From Paramecium tetraurelia (taxonomy: Eukaryota), in the NCBI GenBank assembly GCA_000165425.1, contig CT868035.1, positions 1 through 64,000 on the forward strand: 64,000 bases of DNA, read 5' to 3'. Below, piece after piece: positions 38,671 to 51,972 of the stretch. Within the stretch, counting starts at the first letter, position 1; each line of letters starts with the position of its first letter. The notes beneath the pieces were generated by a model. The model saw only the letters and a program-made list of their open reading frames with translations. It ran no database searches and was not told the origin of the DNA. The position numbers and the translations under genes were made by a program.

Positions 38671-40025
38671 ATGTTTGGATAGGTGGTGCATAAATTCCAA
38701 AGAAACCAAAATCATCTGCTAAGCAAATACCTCAGGGCTGGAAATAGGTAAATTAATAAATGGGATGTGTAGGTCCAATCCATTCGAGAATACCTTGACC
38801 ATCCTCGAAGACCCTGCTCATCATAGAAAGCTATATCTTATCGGGTCAACACACGCCTCCACTATGTTGGCCTACAGAACCTAGAAATTGATTAATGAAG
38901 TCAAGCCTGATAGTGTCTATGTGCAAACCAACCAAGAGTGGTGGAATATTGTTAAAAATATCGAGGGAGTCACATCTCAATCCGAATTGAATGCCTACAA
39001 TGATGTATTAAGAGGGGCTTATAAATGGCAATTGGAGTCTGGAGTCAGGAATTTCAGAAACTCAGTCTTCTGGGCACGACTCTACTCTTGGTTGGGTTTA
39101 ATGTAATTTTTGAAAGGTAAATAATATCTATTGATATTTAATTTCAGCATTCAACAGTGATTTCCATCCATTCATTCCAGGCTTAGAAGTGAAGTATGCC
39201 ATCGAACAGGCTCGTGCTCAAGGTGCCAATGTCGTCTTCGGTGGCTTGGCAATCACCAACGATGACCTCTTGTCATTGAAAGTACTCCTCCCCATATATA
39301 TATGCCCTCTAGACTGAACCAAGATTTGACCCCCTCAGTGTTTCATTGAACTTCCTCAAACTCCTCAGTCAAACTAGATGGAGAAGAGAGCGATAGGATT
39401 TGGCCTTTCAATTGGCAGTCCTTGGAGGAGAGCAATTCGCTGAATCAGTCGACAAATACAGAGCCTCTTGGTTTGTTAAGCTTTTCGAGAAGTTGAGTCC
39501 TCATTAGAAGAAAATCTTGGTGGACAGAAAGGACATTGAGATTTTTGAAACTCTTTACAAACACACTCCAGGAAAGACCATCGTGGCAGTTGTTAATCAA
39601 TGGCACACAATGGGAATTGAGGCTCATTGGAGACACACTACTAAGACTTAGATCGACACTGAACCCATCAATCCCATTGGAGATTTGGATTTGGAAGCAC
39701 TCAACGAGGATTTGGTGGTCAACGACTTCTTGAGACAATTCACTTCGAGAATTACTAAAAGTGAGCCTGCTTCCACCAGAGCCTACATCACTTAGTATTA
39801 TAAGGATGTGTTCGAATATGAAAGATGTAAGAATCGAGTTGTTAATTGTTTTTTATAGTCAGACATGTTGAATTCGATGGTCACAGTGATCCTCATCAAT
39901 TCCATGGAGGCAGTCCATTTGAAGGGGGCTATAAACACCATCATCCACAATTACCGGCTGATGTCAGAAAGTAAATCGAAGAAAATTGGAAGAAATAATA
40001 CGCCCATCATCACGAACACCATTGA
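38671..40025 (+). CDS. TraB-family protein, probably mitochondrial
   Basis: KLYLIGSTHASTM...INEVKPDSVYVQ and FIPGLEVKYAIEQARAQGANVVFGG match the TraB pattern. Four small introns; His-rich C-terminus. Confidence 0.75.
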
Positions 40026-40165
40026 AATATTATTCATAAATAACATAAAAACAATATTTTGGTTATGAGGTGCAATGTCGCCCAGTTATAATTCAAATTT
40101 CAATTTGACAGTTCAGCAATTGAAAAACGGAATAATTTGTTCGTTTTTGTGTAATATTTAATTAA

Positions 40166-41274
40166 ATGAAAACCATTTTTGTTTTGGTATTAGTGATTGC
40201 TCTTGCAACCAGTTTGAAATCCACTTTCAGACAAACACCCTAAAAATTGTAAGCAGAATTACAAAAATCAAATTATGGAAAGGCTCTCTTGCATTTGCTT
40301 GAATTACATTCAATGGCTGGAGGAGCTGTAAGTGAGTTGATTGATGCCATTGAGTAATTGGATGACGATTTGATTGATGGACTCCAATTATTGGAATTCA
40401 ATTTCCAACAAAGAACAAATCAACACAATGCTTTGGTCGTCTAATTGAATTAACAAATGAATGATGCCCAAATTGATATCAGCAGATCAGAAGATGTCAT
40501 CGAAAATCTCTTGATCCCAAGAAGAGAGTAATTGGAAAACAGAATCGCAAATCTCGAGGAAAACCAAGAAATAAACAGAAAAAATTACGACGAAGAGGTC
40601 TTGATCAGAGAACAGGAACACGAAGCATTCGAGGCTCAGATCGCTGAATTAACTGATGCAACAGCTGCAGTTGACGATGCCCTTGCTCTCTTACAAACTT
40701 TGAGCAATCCCTCATTGGCTTAAGTCAAGAAATTCTAAAACTCACTCAAGAAAATCGAACAAAGTATCAAACCAAGATCAAAAATGGCTCCCTTTTTGAA
40801 GGCTCTTCTTACATTGGCATCCAATCAAAACTTCTCAGATCAAGGAATCATTTCTTAAATCGTTGATGCTTTGAATGAATTCAGAAATGCCATCGTCGAT
40901 AGCATCAATGACCAAACACTCGCCGAAGCCAATGCAGTTGAAGAATATGAAGAGAGACTTGCCTAATTAGATCACGAACATATTGAATTCCAAAGATAAA
41001 TCAATGCTGTCAATGTTGATTTGACTGCCACCAACAGTAAGTCATTTTCTCTACTATTTCCATAGACAAGATTGATGATGTCACTGAGTTCCTTAACCAA
41101 AGAGTCGCTGATTTGAAACAATTCTCAGCTGAATTACAATTGGAAAACGATAACTATGCTGATGAAACTCAAATCTACAACGACACCAAGAACGAGTTCA
41201 CTAGAGAACAATAAATCACTGAATAAGCTTTGGCTTTGGTCCAATCAGTCGATTTCAGCCATATTCAAGTTTGA
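40166..41274 (+). CDS. Trichocyst matrix protein precursor, ~359 aa
   Basis: Signal peptide, pro-region YGKALLHLLELHSMAGGAVSELID, acidic heptads, SNPSLAQV and ASNQNFSDQ junction. One 29-nt intron. Confidence 0.9.
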
Positions 41275-41898
41275 GTATTAATAATAATCGACCCACATAA
41301 AAATTAAACATTTAATTTTATTTATCAAAAACTAATCAAATAATGGAACAATTCAAAATTTAAGACATCTTATCCTGCAAAGATCTTAGAAAATAATAGT
41401 ACTCTTACAATTCTTGCTTTGATGATAGTTAATTGATTTTAGGCAAAGAAGTTACTCACAAAATTATACTATGAATAAGGACAGAAGAGTATAGTTTGTA
41501 TCAATTTTCGTTTATAACTACTTAAAAGGAGTCAAATAGAATTAATAAAATACACTTCGAATCATACTTAATAGATTTCTAGAATTTTGATTGATGTGAA
41601 AATTAAATATATTTCAATACATAATCCATCTTATTAAAAAACAAGTTCAAAATTCTTTGAGTACAAATATAAAATAAGAACTGTTGCCTCCATAAGTTAA
41701 AAAGTTAATACATACTTTGAAATTGATGATTTGGAGGTTAGAATATATTAATATCCCTAAAAACATTAAAATTATTTGGAACTCCAACATAGAAATTTCG
41801 ATTTATGAATTTTTAGAAGTAATTGAAACCAACCATCTCTCTCCTCTATATATATTTAATGGTATTAATCAAATGTAAAATAGTTACAAAATCATATA

Positions 41899-43876
41899 TC
41901 ATTAACCCAATAGTTTAAAATGTTGTCTATGTTTTTTATAGAAATTATTCATGTATTCATTGTATCTCATTTCATCAATCATGCCCTAATTCAATCCTGT
42001 CAACAGTACTTCTCTTTATGAACCTATACATTATGATGAATGAGTACTGATAAGTGCTTAGATCATTAAGCTTAATTTGTCGATTGCTTCATCATCAAAC
42101 ACACTCACATATCGAAAACTAAGCACAATAAAATCTCTTTCTGGCAGTTATTTGATTTAAGCTATGTGATTCTAATTACTATGAATGATGAAAATACCTT
42201 GACATTGATGTAATTGATGGCTCCATTGAAGCGATAGATGGCAAAAGACCCTTTGAATTGATTGGTGTCAGGGAAATCATCTTCAAGTCCTAGAGTGTCA
42301 TCTCTCAATTGCATATCAGTTCCATCCTGTTACCTGACACAACTTCGTTTGATTAATGAGTTTTTCTTGAAAAATAGAATTGGAATATTTACTTGTATTT
42401 CATCAGAACTGACTATAACTTCAGAAGCGGCTGCACTCATTTTTTCAGCAAACTACAACATAGCATACATGCTTCCTATCATAGTGCTTTCAATAGCTCC
42501 ATAATATACACAAATGATTGATATTGTAATTTGTTTAACTAAAATTAATCTCCTTTTGGTTCTCCACAGCATTTTCCAAATAGGGCCAAGTCGGACACAT
42601 GTAGGCTGAGTACAATAGGATACCACTCACAAAATACAGTGGAATTTAGAGAAAGTATCGACTGAATAGTCCATAGAATAGAATGACAGAGAGTCCATTC
42701 AGAATAGACGACCATCTATTCATATTCCTGACTCTGATATTCAAGATGATTAATCTGATAGATGCACAACATGGGATACTATTGAAGATGCCTGCACAAA
42801 TATTGGTTAAAGACACGCATAGAATCTCTTTGTCGTGATCGCATTTGACTCCCGTGAAGTATTCAGCCCCTTTTGCACACAACAAATTCTGTATGGTGAT
42901 GTAGAATGTCATTTTAATGGCGTACACAAACAGAAATATGAGTGTCCACATGTCTGGCTAGAAATGAGGACCACCACTTTCAATGAAAGACAGTTTTAAA
43001 CTTACATCTCCGTAAACATTCTTTAAACACTTTTCTGTTGGGAAGAGTATGCCAACCATCAAGCCAGTCAGACAGACTAACACAATCAAAGGCAAGTCCT
43101 TGTTGATCTTCCAGCCGAAATAGAGTAGAAGGAATATGAAGATTGATGCTCCGAAATAATATAGATCTCCTCTTCTGAAGAATTCTACTTTATCTGGGTT
43201 ATTATACCTTGATACATCTCAAATCTATCGTGGTATACTTAGAATCCTCTGTTGGAATGCATGTCACTCAATCCAAACGCATAATCAATGTAGCCATTTG
43301 CAATTAGAAATAGTAATCCCAGATAGTAGCCCTCGATTACGTAATTTGGCATGAAATCGATCAGATGATGCCACTTCATATGACTCAGGATGTAGATTTA
43401 CAATCCAATCATGATGGTCACCCAGGGAACTGCTTCATATCCATATTTTTATACTATTTAATAATTGAATCCCGCGGCCACCCAAGTAGGTGCATAGATC
43501 GAATGATTGCCTTTGGGAATAGGATGATTATGATACTTCCACTAAAGAACCCGTTGATCAGCCCTCCAATCAAAGCGGAGGTGTAGGCAGCTGAGGGATT
43601 GCCTCCAGTGTTGTTGCCAGCATTCAATATGAAGGGCATATTCATCATAGCCTACGTCATGCCACTCTTCCAGTTCTCTCTAATGAAGAAGAGTGCAGTA
43701 TTAACATTATGGACAGACAGATGGCTGATTCTGGAAAATGCATTTTTTATGGACAATTTGGTTTGATTGGTCGATCCCTTGACCAAACTATCGTGTGGAT
43801 TGGACAGTTTCTATTCGATTCCATCCAATGCTGGCAATTCCTACTCCATTAATGGAATTTTGTGATCTGCATTCAT
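41899..43876 (-). CDS. SLC26/SulP anion transporter with STAS domain
   Basis: ENWKSGMTQAMMNMP...PSAAYTSALIGGLINGFFSGS; DHDKEILCVSLTNICAGIF; STAS-like AIYRFNGAINYIN; TGA 41899-41901. Confidence 0.88.
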
Positions 43877-43961
43877 ATATTATAAATTAATAATCGGATC
43901 AATCGCATTATGCTATATTTAACAATAATAATTTAATTTAAATTATACATTATATACATTA

Positions 43962-46457
43962 ATGCTACGACCTTATCCAATTGTTCTTGTTCTCCTATTG
44001 AGCTCGGCATTATCCGATGATACCAGCAATGGTGACATTCTCGAATTCACAGCCACTCGATATCAACTATGCTTAGACATTGAGAATTGTAAAAACTGAT
44101 CATCATCATCATCTAGTTGATATCACAAATTCAGAAAGATAATCTGTCTTAGATTCCATATATTCAGATCGAAAGGAAGAACTCTCAAGTCAAATAGAAA
44201 AATGGATTAATAACAGCTACGTAATATCTTCCGATGAATATTTTATCGATCTCTAATATTACACTCTTCCCTGGTTGATCCTCGCTATTGCAACTATATT
44301 TTTATCAATCATATACCTTTGGATAACCATATTGCCAAGGTAAAATGGTTGAAGTATCTCATAGTTCTATGATGAATTGGCTAAAGTCACATGGAGAGGA
44401 CGAATTCATTTTGAATGCCAAGCGATTTCATAATTTTGGGATTGTCACCATTGTTGTACTAAATTTCATCCTCATAATAGTGTCCATCATCGCATTGGTA
44501 ATCATCATTCGTATTTTTAGGTGTACTCAAACAAGGCACTCAATGGACTGGATTATTCAAGTTGCTACATGGCTTCATCCTTCGACGATTTGCTTGGAAG
44601 AAAGGATGAAGTCTTCACTGGATACAGTATCTTGTAAGCTGATTTCAATTCATTGACAACTACCTTCGCTGATTTTCAAACTGAATTGAAAAAACTCTAT
44701 CAAAGTCGAGTGTCCCTCACTCTACAATCGCAATAGCAAGATGTCATAGAATTTAACGATTAGTACATTTCGATATCATCATAGACTGAAGAGAAACGAG
44801 CCCAATTCTCCTCTCCCTATTTTGATATCCTCGAATGGAACCAATACCGTAGCGGCTAAGGAATCCTATTTCTCGAAAATGAAAATCGTATCCACATTGA
44901 ATTATCCTCATAGATCGATTACATGCTATCCACAAAGGAAGATGACGAATACCTCACCTATCTTAAGTACTATGACCTAATCAAGCAGGAGGAAAACAGA
45001 ATGCAATTGGCAAGCCAAGTGGACGAGGTCAAGGAATATTATGGGAATATCTTTTAGAGATTTGGGTCTTTGGAGACTTCATCATTAGCTCTTAGAGATT
45101 CCAAACTCGCACTCCTATTCACTAAAGCCTAATAATAACTATCATACATCGATAACTCTCTGCTTAACTATGCTACACTATTCACTGATTTCCATCAAAC
45201 TCTAGGTGATGATATTAATAAATACGTTGATTCGATTATTGGCTTATTAATAGTGTTAATCATATTCGCTTTCATTCAAATCATTTTATGGTTGGGCCAT
45301 TTGATTAACAAAAATCTCAAGATTAAAAGAGTCATCGATATCCTCTGGTTTTTGTGCAATCTCATACTGATTGGAATTTTAATTGTTAATATCTTCTTGC
45401 AATCCAACTCCTATTTATCCAAGGAATTATGCATCTACTTTGATGGCCTCATTAACAATGTAGAATTCTACTCACACCAATAGATCATTGAATTTTCAGA
45501 AGCCAAAACTGCCCTCCATTCCTGTCTGTATGGCGATGGGAATATCTATAATCAATTAAACCTCAATTCCAGATTCAAGGACATCAGGACCTACATTAAT
45601 AGCGAGAATGGACTTTTAGAAGAAATACAGCGACTCAATTCAAATCAAGCCCTCTACCTCCAGAAACTGAACAATAACTCCCTGACCATCACTTCAATTC
45701 TAGATGGCACCTTCATTGACTTAAACCAAGATGAGAGCGATGGCTTGAATAAGATCATACAAGAGTTTAACTCCCACAAAGATAAGGAGAATTGTGCAGA
45801 ACTCTAATCCTCATTATGTACTGATGGAACCTACCCAAAAAGGAATGGAAACTTCAACGATTCTCAAATGTGTTGGCATCCCTCATACCTGATCACTAAA
45901 TACACTTCATCATGCTTGGATCAGCAGGATCTATTTTACAAACTAAAATTGCATTTCCAATCTCAGGCTCAAGGATGGATTAGAACCTAATTGTTGGAAT
46001 CTTAATTTGTATCTTAAAATTTAGATCTAAATTTAAAATTAAATCAATACATCAAAAACCATACCACTTTTATTGAGTTGGAACAAAAGACCCTGTCCAA
46101 TTTATACAGTCTACTTAAGGGGGCCAATTGCACATTCATGAAGGTAATTGTATCATCACTTCAATGTAGGATGACTTGAATAAGATGTTAGATGGCATGT
46201 GTGTGGTCTACTCATACTATCTTAATAAAGTGTCAGTCCTAACTATAGTTATCGCCTCCTTGCTCTTCCTTTCAGTTTTATTTAATTGCTTCACTTCAAT
46301 CAAGATTTCATAGATGGAAACGTACGAAGAATATGCTTCCACAAAGGTGATCAACTTTGCAGGATCCAGCATGTTCAGAGCATCAATTGAAATTAATTAA
46401 ATAATGTAAAATGAAAGCCCAATGCACATTACTAGCACATAATTGGAATTCAAATGA
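43962..46457 (+). CDS. Multi-pass membrane protein with signal peptide (prominin/tweety-like topology)
   Basis: Signal peptide MLRPYPIVLVLLLSSALS, several TM segments, large Cys-containing loops, NCTFMKDDLNKMLDGMC before the last TM, several introns. Family assignment tentative. Confidence 0.65.
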
Positions 46458-47371
46458 AACAATTCAAAACTTAAAATTATTCTGTATTTTATCCTAAATT
46501 TTATTCAAGCATCAAAATTTGTCTCTCGATCTCCTGGTTTTCTTCCTAAATTCTCTTGCTGTCATTCAATAACTTTGCGAACTAGTAAACATGCCATAAC
46601 AATCAATACATGTTGGGTTGTTCTTTATTGCAGTTGATCCTTCAGGTGCTAATTCTTTTCCAGAAACTCGCTAATTCTTTGATTAAAAATATCGTGGTTT
46701 TATGATTAATCATATGAAACGTGATTGATCATTTATATGCTTGCATGTTGCAGGTTCTCGTGTGGCAACATTTATCGTATTTTTGCCTAAGCCTTCAAGA
46801 ATTTCTCAATAGACTTTTCATACTCCTTAATCTATTAAAGATACTCCAATTTCTTTATGTGGTACGGCAAATCCTTTTGAGTGGGTTGACAATACTTTTC
46901 CTTCAGTTATCTCTCCTTCTTAAGAAAGGCAGTCATCATAGCTTGCATCTTTTCACAGTAAAAAATTAGTTCTTTATACTAGGAATAGTGTTCCTTAAAT
47001 TTCACAATCTCTTCATTGAAATACTGCTCGTATAAAGCCAGATAAATCTCATTTTGATCGCAATCAGGAACCACAAGGTCTTGGATGACTAATGGATAAT
47101 CGGGCAATTTCTCCCATGATTCCTTGGGTTCATAGATGTGTTGATTTAGTTCTGGTATTATTTTCTATGCATCGTTCCCTTGAGGCACTTCCTAAATTTA
47201 CATCTATTTTACTGCGTTTGAATTCTCATTTGGCAACTCTATTGAAATCTGTGGCACTACTTATACTGTATTCTGTGAGTCTGGCAATTCTATTTTCGGT
47301 TATTTCTATTGCTTCTCCTGTTATTACTACTTGATTCGATTAACATTGTTTGGATCGAAGTGAAATCTCAT
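46450..47371 (-). CDS. Hypothetical coiled-coil protein
   Basis: MRFHFDPNNVNRIKQQQQEKQQKQPK... open frame with a 28-nt intron near 46570-46600. Confidence 0.6.
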
Positions 47372-47434
47372 CCCTTTTATTTTAAATTTATAATTGCAGT
47401 ATTAACGATATATTGAAGTATTAATTATATAATT

Positions 47435-50400
47435 TCATTGCATAATGGAGTGTCTAATCTACAGGAGTTGGAGTTCTAAACTTAATTGGTTGGATTTATT
47501 CTTTCTATTCTAACAATTGCAAATTTGAATCAGTAGTTTGATTGCCTCCATTAAGAGATCTGTTTATGAATATTCAAATTATTACAAAATATTGATAGCA
47601 GCCTCAACTTTCTATGCTGCCTACTCATTTTGCTATTGATTTTAGAGCAATTAGCCTAAAAGCAGTAGAATATTTGCATATTTGATTGACTGATATTGAT
47701 TGCATTTCTCAAAAATCGAAACAGCTTTGTTGTAATTGATGGATGCATTGCTGCAGTCCTTTCTAGAAAAGTACAATTGACCAATGTCTGAGTAGATATC
47801 AGCGATGCATTAATGACTCTAAAATAAACGAATAGCACACTGTAAGGCACTTTCATATAGATTCAAAGCTTCATTGAAATAACCGCTTTCCATTAGATAA
47901 TGTCCAAAAATGGAGTAGATTATAAAATAATAAGGGTGAGAGGATCCGAAGTAGGAATCAAGGATTTAGAGTATTTATTCAAAGTATTACAGTGCAGTAT
48001 CTAGATTGTCCATGCTCATTTGAATGATTTGCAGAAGAGGCTTGATTTGACTTGGGTGGCCAGGCTTAGTGAAACATAGAGCCTTATTAGCATTCTCACA
48101 ACTCTCCTCGCATAATAGGTAGGAAAACACATCATCCCCTTCTTTTCGTAGTAGACACAACTCCAAAGACCACTTAAGAGATTGAAATAATTATTCTTGA
48201 TTCATAATGTTTTTTCTCTTTGATTTTCGAGCTATTTTCGATGTGTTCAACAGATAAGCCTTCTATTAGACATTGAATTAAGGTTTCTCCTTCAAGGGAA
48301 AGGATTCCTTAAACATTCCATTGATTAAGGCAGGTGAAATAGCGAAGGATATATCACACTGTTATTACAGACTGTAGAGCAGCATTCCTTTGTATTGCAT
48401 AGAAAATCGAGATGTTACATCAAGGTTATATGAATAATCATACCAAATCTATTTTTATATGATTTAAATCCAAAATATATCAGATTCTTTTCCAACACCC
48501 AGCAGGAGATTCAAAAAGTCAAGACAACTTTCATTTATCAAATTGGATGATAATTCCAATACAATTTTGATGTCCTATACTTCCTTAGTGTTTAATTCTT
48601 ATATCATCGAAAACTCCAAAATGTTAGATTGATCACTCTGCAACTTTTAAGATAACTGATATTTCAGATTCTTCATTAGATCGGCTGCATTATTTCTTAG
48701 CACCTTCTTACATACTCTGCTGATCATATCACAAATACAGAGATCCTTGATATGTTATAATGAACACATCTGACAAATTTTACCAATATATTTAACATTG
48801 ATACCAGATTGATGTAATTGTTCACTCAATTGAGTTGAATCAAGTGGTAAATATTCAAGAGATTCAAATTTACTTATCAGATCATTTAATAGTTAATTTT
48901 GGAGGAAATTGGTTGCCTACTCTTAATTCATTATAATCTGCTTGAGTTTCAGAGAGTTTGATCTATTTCAAATATGCATCAGAATTTAAAGGTTTGTTCC
49001 AACTTCTTACAAATTCTGGTCTCAATCTGGAAGTGTTTTGCACATTCTCTTAGAGTATGACAGGCATCAAGTCTCCACATTTTAACAGATAATACAAGGA
49101 GAGATTCTGAGGAGGGAATTCATTGATATTCTATTCATTTTCAATCCATCTCAATTCAATGTAATCTTTTATTAATTTTGTGAACTTCTTAAAATAGACT
49201 CATCGGAATCACATTGCTGATCATCTCATCTTCAAAGAATTTATGTTATTTTAGATTTAATCTGATGCTAATTGAATTCATATATTGCTGGATGGCATTA
49301 TTCGTAATAAATTAGCCATCTAATGTTGGACCATGAATTAAAGTAGAATCATCAATTGGAGGAACTGCCATAACAAAGGCTCTGACTCCTTTGTAGTCTA
49401 CTATACATGACAATGGAACTCTTAAAGGGTAATTGGATTCCTCCTAAATTAAAAGTTCAATCTATTCAGCTAATAAGGATAGATAACGAAATTCTATCTT
49501 AGATATTATCAATATTTACCATTTCCCAAGGCCTTTAATTAAGACTCTTCATAAATTTAGATTTCCTATTTACCCTGTTAAGTGTGGATTTCTTGAGATT
49601 TCAATTGGCAAAATGATAATTTGATGAATAACCCATCATGACAATAGAAATCATCACCAAAATCAATAGTATTATCCTAATGACTGTACATTATGTACTT
49701 GTCCTCATTCAAACAATCTGTAGGTTTTATGGTTTTCATTTAATTCGGCAAACATAATTCATCAATAATGGTTTAACACACATCCATAGCATGATCTCTC
49801 ATTCTCCCAATAGATTCATGCAACACAAAACTATTTGTTATACATTCCTCAATAGTTTTTGGATCCTTCATATTAGCTAACTCTATAGCTTATAAATAAT
49901 TATAATTCCAAGCTGTCTTGATTCTATTCTTCACCATATTTTTTTTGGATTCTTCCTTATTCAACACTGTTTATTCCTATTTCTATTGTTCCTACAAGAT
50001 CTTATTTTCTTCTTCTAATTATTGTTCTTTTTCCATTTTACTCTTCAGTTCTGACTAGTGAATCTCCTATTCTTTTTGCTATTGTATATGTAGCTCCTCC
50101 TACCTTTGCTGTTCTTCAGACTTCTATTTATCAGCCTGTTAGGCTTCTTTCTATTAGATTTCCTTCTATTAATTCTCCTTTTCATTAGTATCTTGTTGTT
50201 ATTAGATACTGTTCTTTTACTTTGCTGTCTCAGATTGTACCATAGAGGGCTACTAAGGTAATTACTGCTAAACTTAGCTCTGTTGTTGATCTTATTATGG
50301 GTATTTTTCAGGATGCTTAACTTTGTCAATTATCTGAGTAAACTCTTTCAAAATGTCAGGTTTGGAAAATGCTATTTCCCATATAATGATTTCCTTCTTC

Positions 50401-50825
50401 TTCGTAATTACTATTGGTTATTGAGCAGCCATCAAATCTCTCCCATAACTGCTATTAACACTCATGTTTGTGCTCCTATTTTTCATTTTAGATGGGAATA
50501 TTGCATCCTTTGCCATGAATGTTATTTCAATCGAATTCTACTTTTTTGCCTTTTCTGGTGGTCCTATGTATAAAATATTCTCTATTATCACGGATATCTT
50601 TGGTTACATCTTCTACAAGTCGTTCATCTCTATTTATCATATATCAATAGATTTACATTTTGGAACTTTGAAATAACTAAGCATACAATTTGATAGTTGA
50701 ATGACTCTTTTATTCCAAAACATCTTTGAAGTTGATCTCTTTTCCACTTAGAAGATGTTCGATTGATCCTGCACTATAGGTTTGTTCTTGGGTTCAATTT
50801 ACTAAGAGGATATCGAATTGTTCAT
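47435..50825 (-). CDS. Clu-domain protein with N-terminal PH-like domain and Gln-rich coiled coil
   Basis: VEKRSTSKMFWNKRVIQLSNCMLSYFK (PH-like); Clu motifs VPLSCIVDYKGVRAFVMAVPPI and LRPEFVRSWNKPLNSDAY; TGA 47435-47437. Confidence 0.8.
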
Positions 50826-50858
50826 AGTATTGAAATCAATAAATTATTATTATAGATA

Positions 50859-51147
50859 ATGAATTAGCATTTGTAGAAGTTGGAATAGATTCTCATTAAA
50901 TTTAATGACAAGCACTAACTAGTAAATGAATATATGAATTCTTATAGTTAAGAAGAGGAATATATGTCGGATTTATTATTAATGCAGGCTTATTCTACTC
51001 ATAAGTAATTAATACTTCTTTCACAATTAGATGACTAAATTTGCCGCATTGAAAAGAATGCAAGAATATATGGTTGAAAAAACCTAACAATTCGAAAGCA
51101 GATTGAGCTCTGAGCAAGAGCAAATTATCAAATCTCTTAAAGAGTGA
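50859..51147 (+). CDS. Small single-TM hypothetical protein, 78 aa
   Basis: Two 26-nt introns give MNQHLQKLEQILIKFNDKHQLLRRGIYVGFIINAGLFYSQMTKF...KSLKE-TGA. Confidence 0.65.
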
Positions 51148-51972
51148 GTGTGAATAAAAGAAACTTTAAATCAAAATACAATTAATCATATAATAAATAA
51201 AGCAAATTCCATCATATAACTTATATCTGATTTCTGTCTAGATAATTATATCAATATTTTCTGTTTATAAGATTTCTGAAGAAATTATCTCAGATTTCTT
51301 ATAGTTTATATAAGTTTAGAACATTTGTTTTATTATTATAACCTACTTTTCATTCTCTTAAAAAAACAATATTTTATAATATATTTAATTCTGCTTGCTC
51401 AATTCAATGAGATCATAATAAAATTTATATACTCAAATATTGCAGAATATAATGTTATTTTTAGCATTTATAATTATTACAATTCTCATTTCTAACATCT
51501 CTAACTATTTCTTAATACAGAATAAGTGAAGAAGGATTATGAAAAGAGAAAACCTTTATTCAGACTTTAGAAATTTAGAGCTCAATTCAATAAAGATCCA
51601 AGTTAATGAATTTGATTTTTGTTGAGATGACTGCTTATATTGTTAAATATTATGTCCAAAGGAATAAATTTTGAGATAATACTAATAATACCAAAACTTA
51701 CAACTTAATAAGTATGAATTCAAACTTTTTTACTTTTTACAAGTCAGATTAAGTTTCTTTACTTTTATAAATTGTATTCAACAACATATTAAATTTATTC
51801 TAGGTATTCACCCTACTAATAATTGAATCATAAACTAATAATTGTGTTGCTCATCAAACATTAATCTCAATTTATTGATTGCAAATTGTTATTCTATAAA
51901 ACAATTAACAATAGAATTATCGACACTGTGAAGTCGTTTAGAAATATATTTGAAAAATAAGTAATAATTAAT

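Noticed and set aside
41343..41810. Possible small plus-strand gene
   Set aside because: I could not link an ATG to the open stretch with a credible intron.
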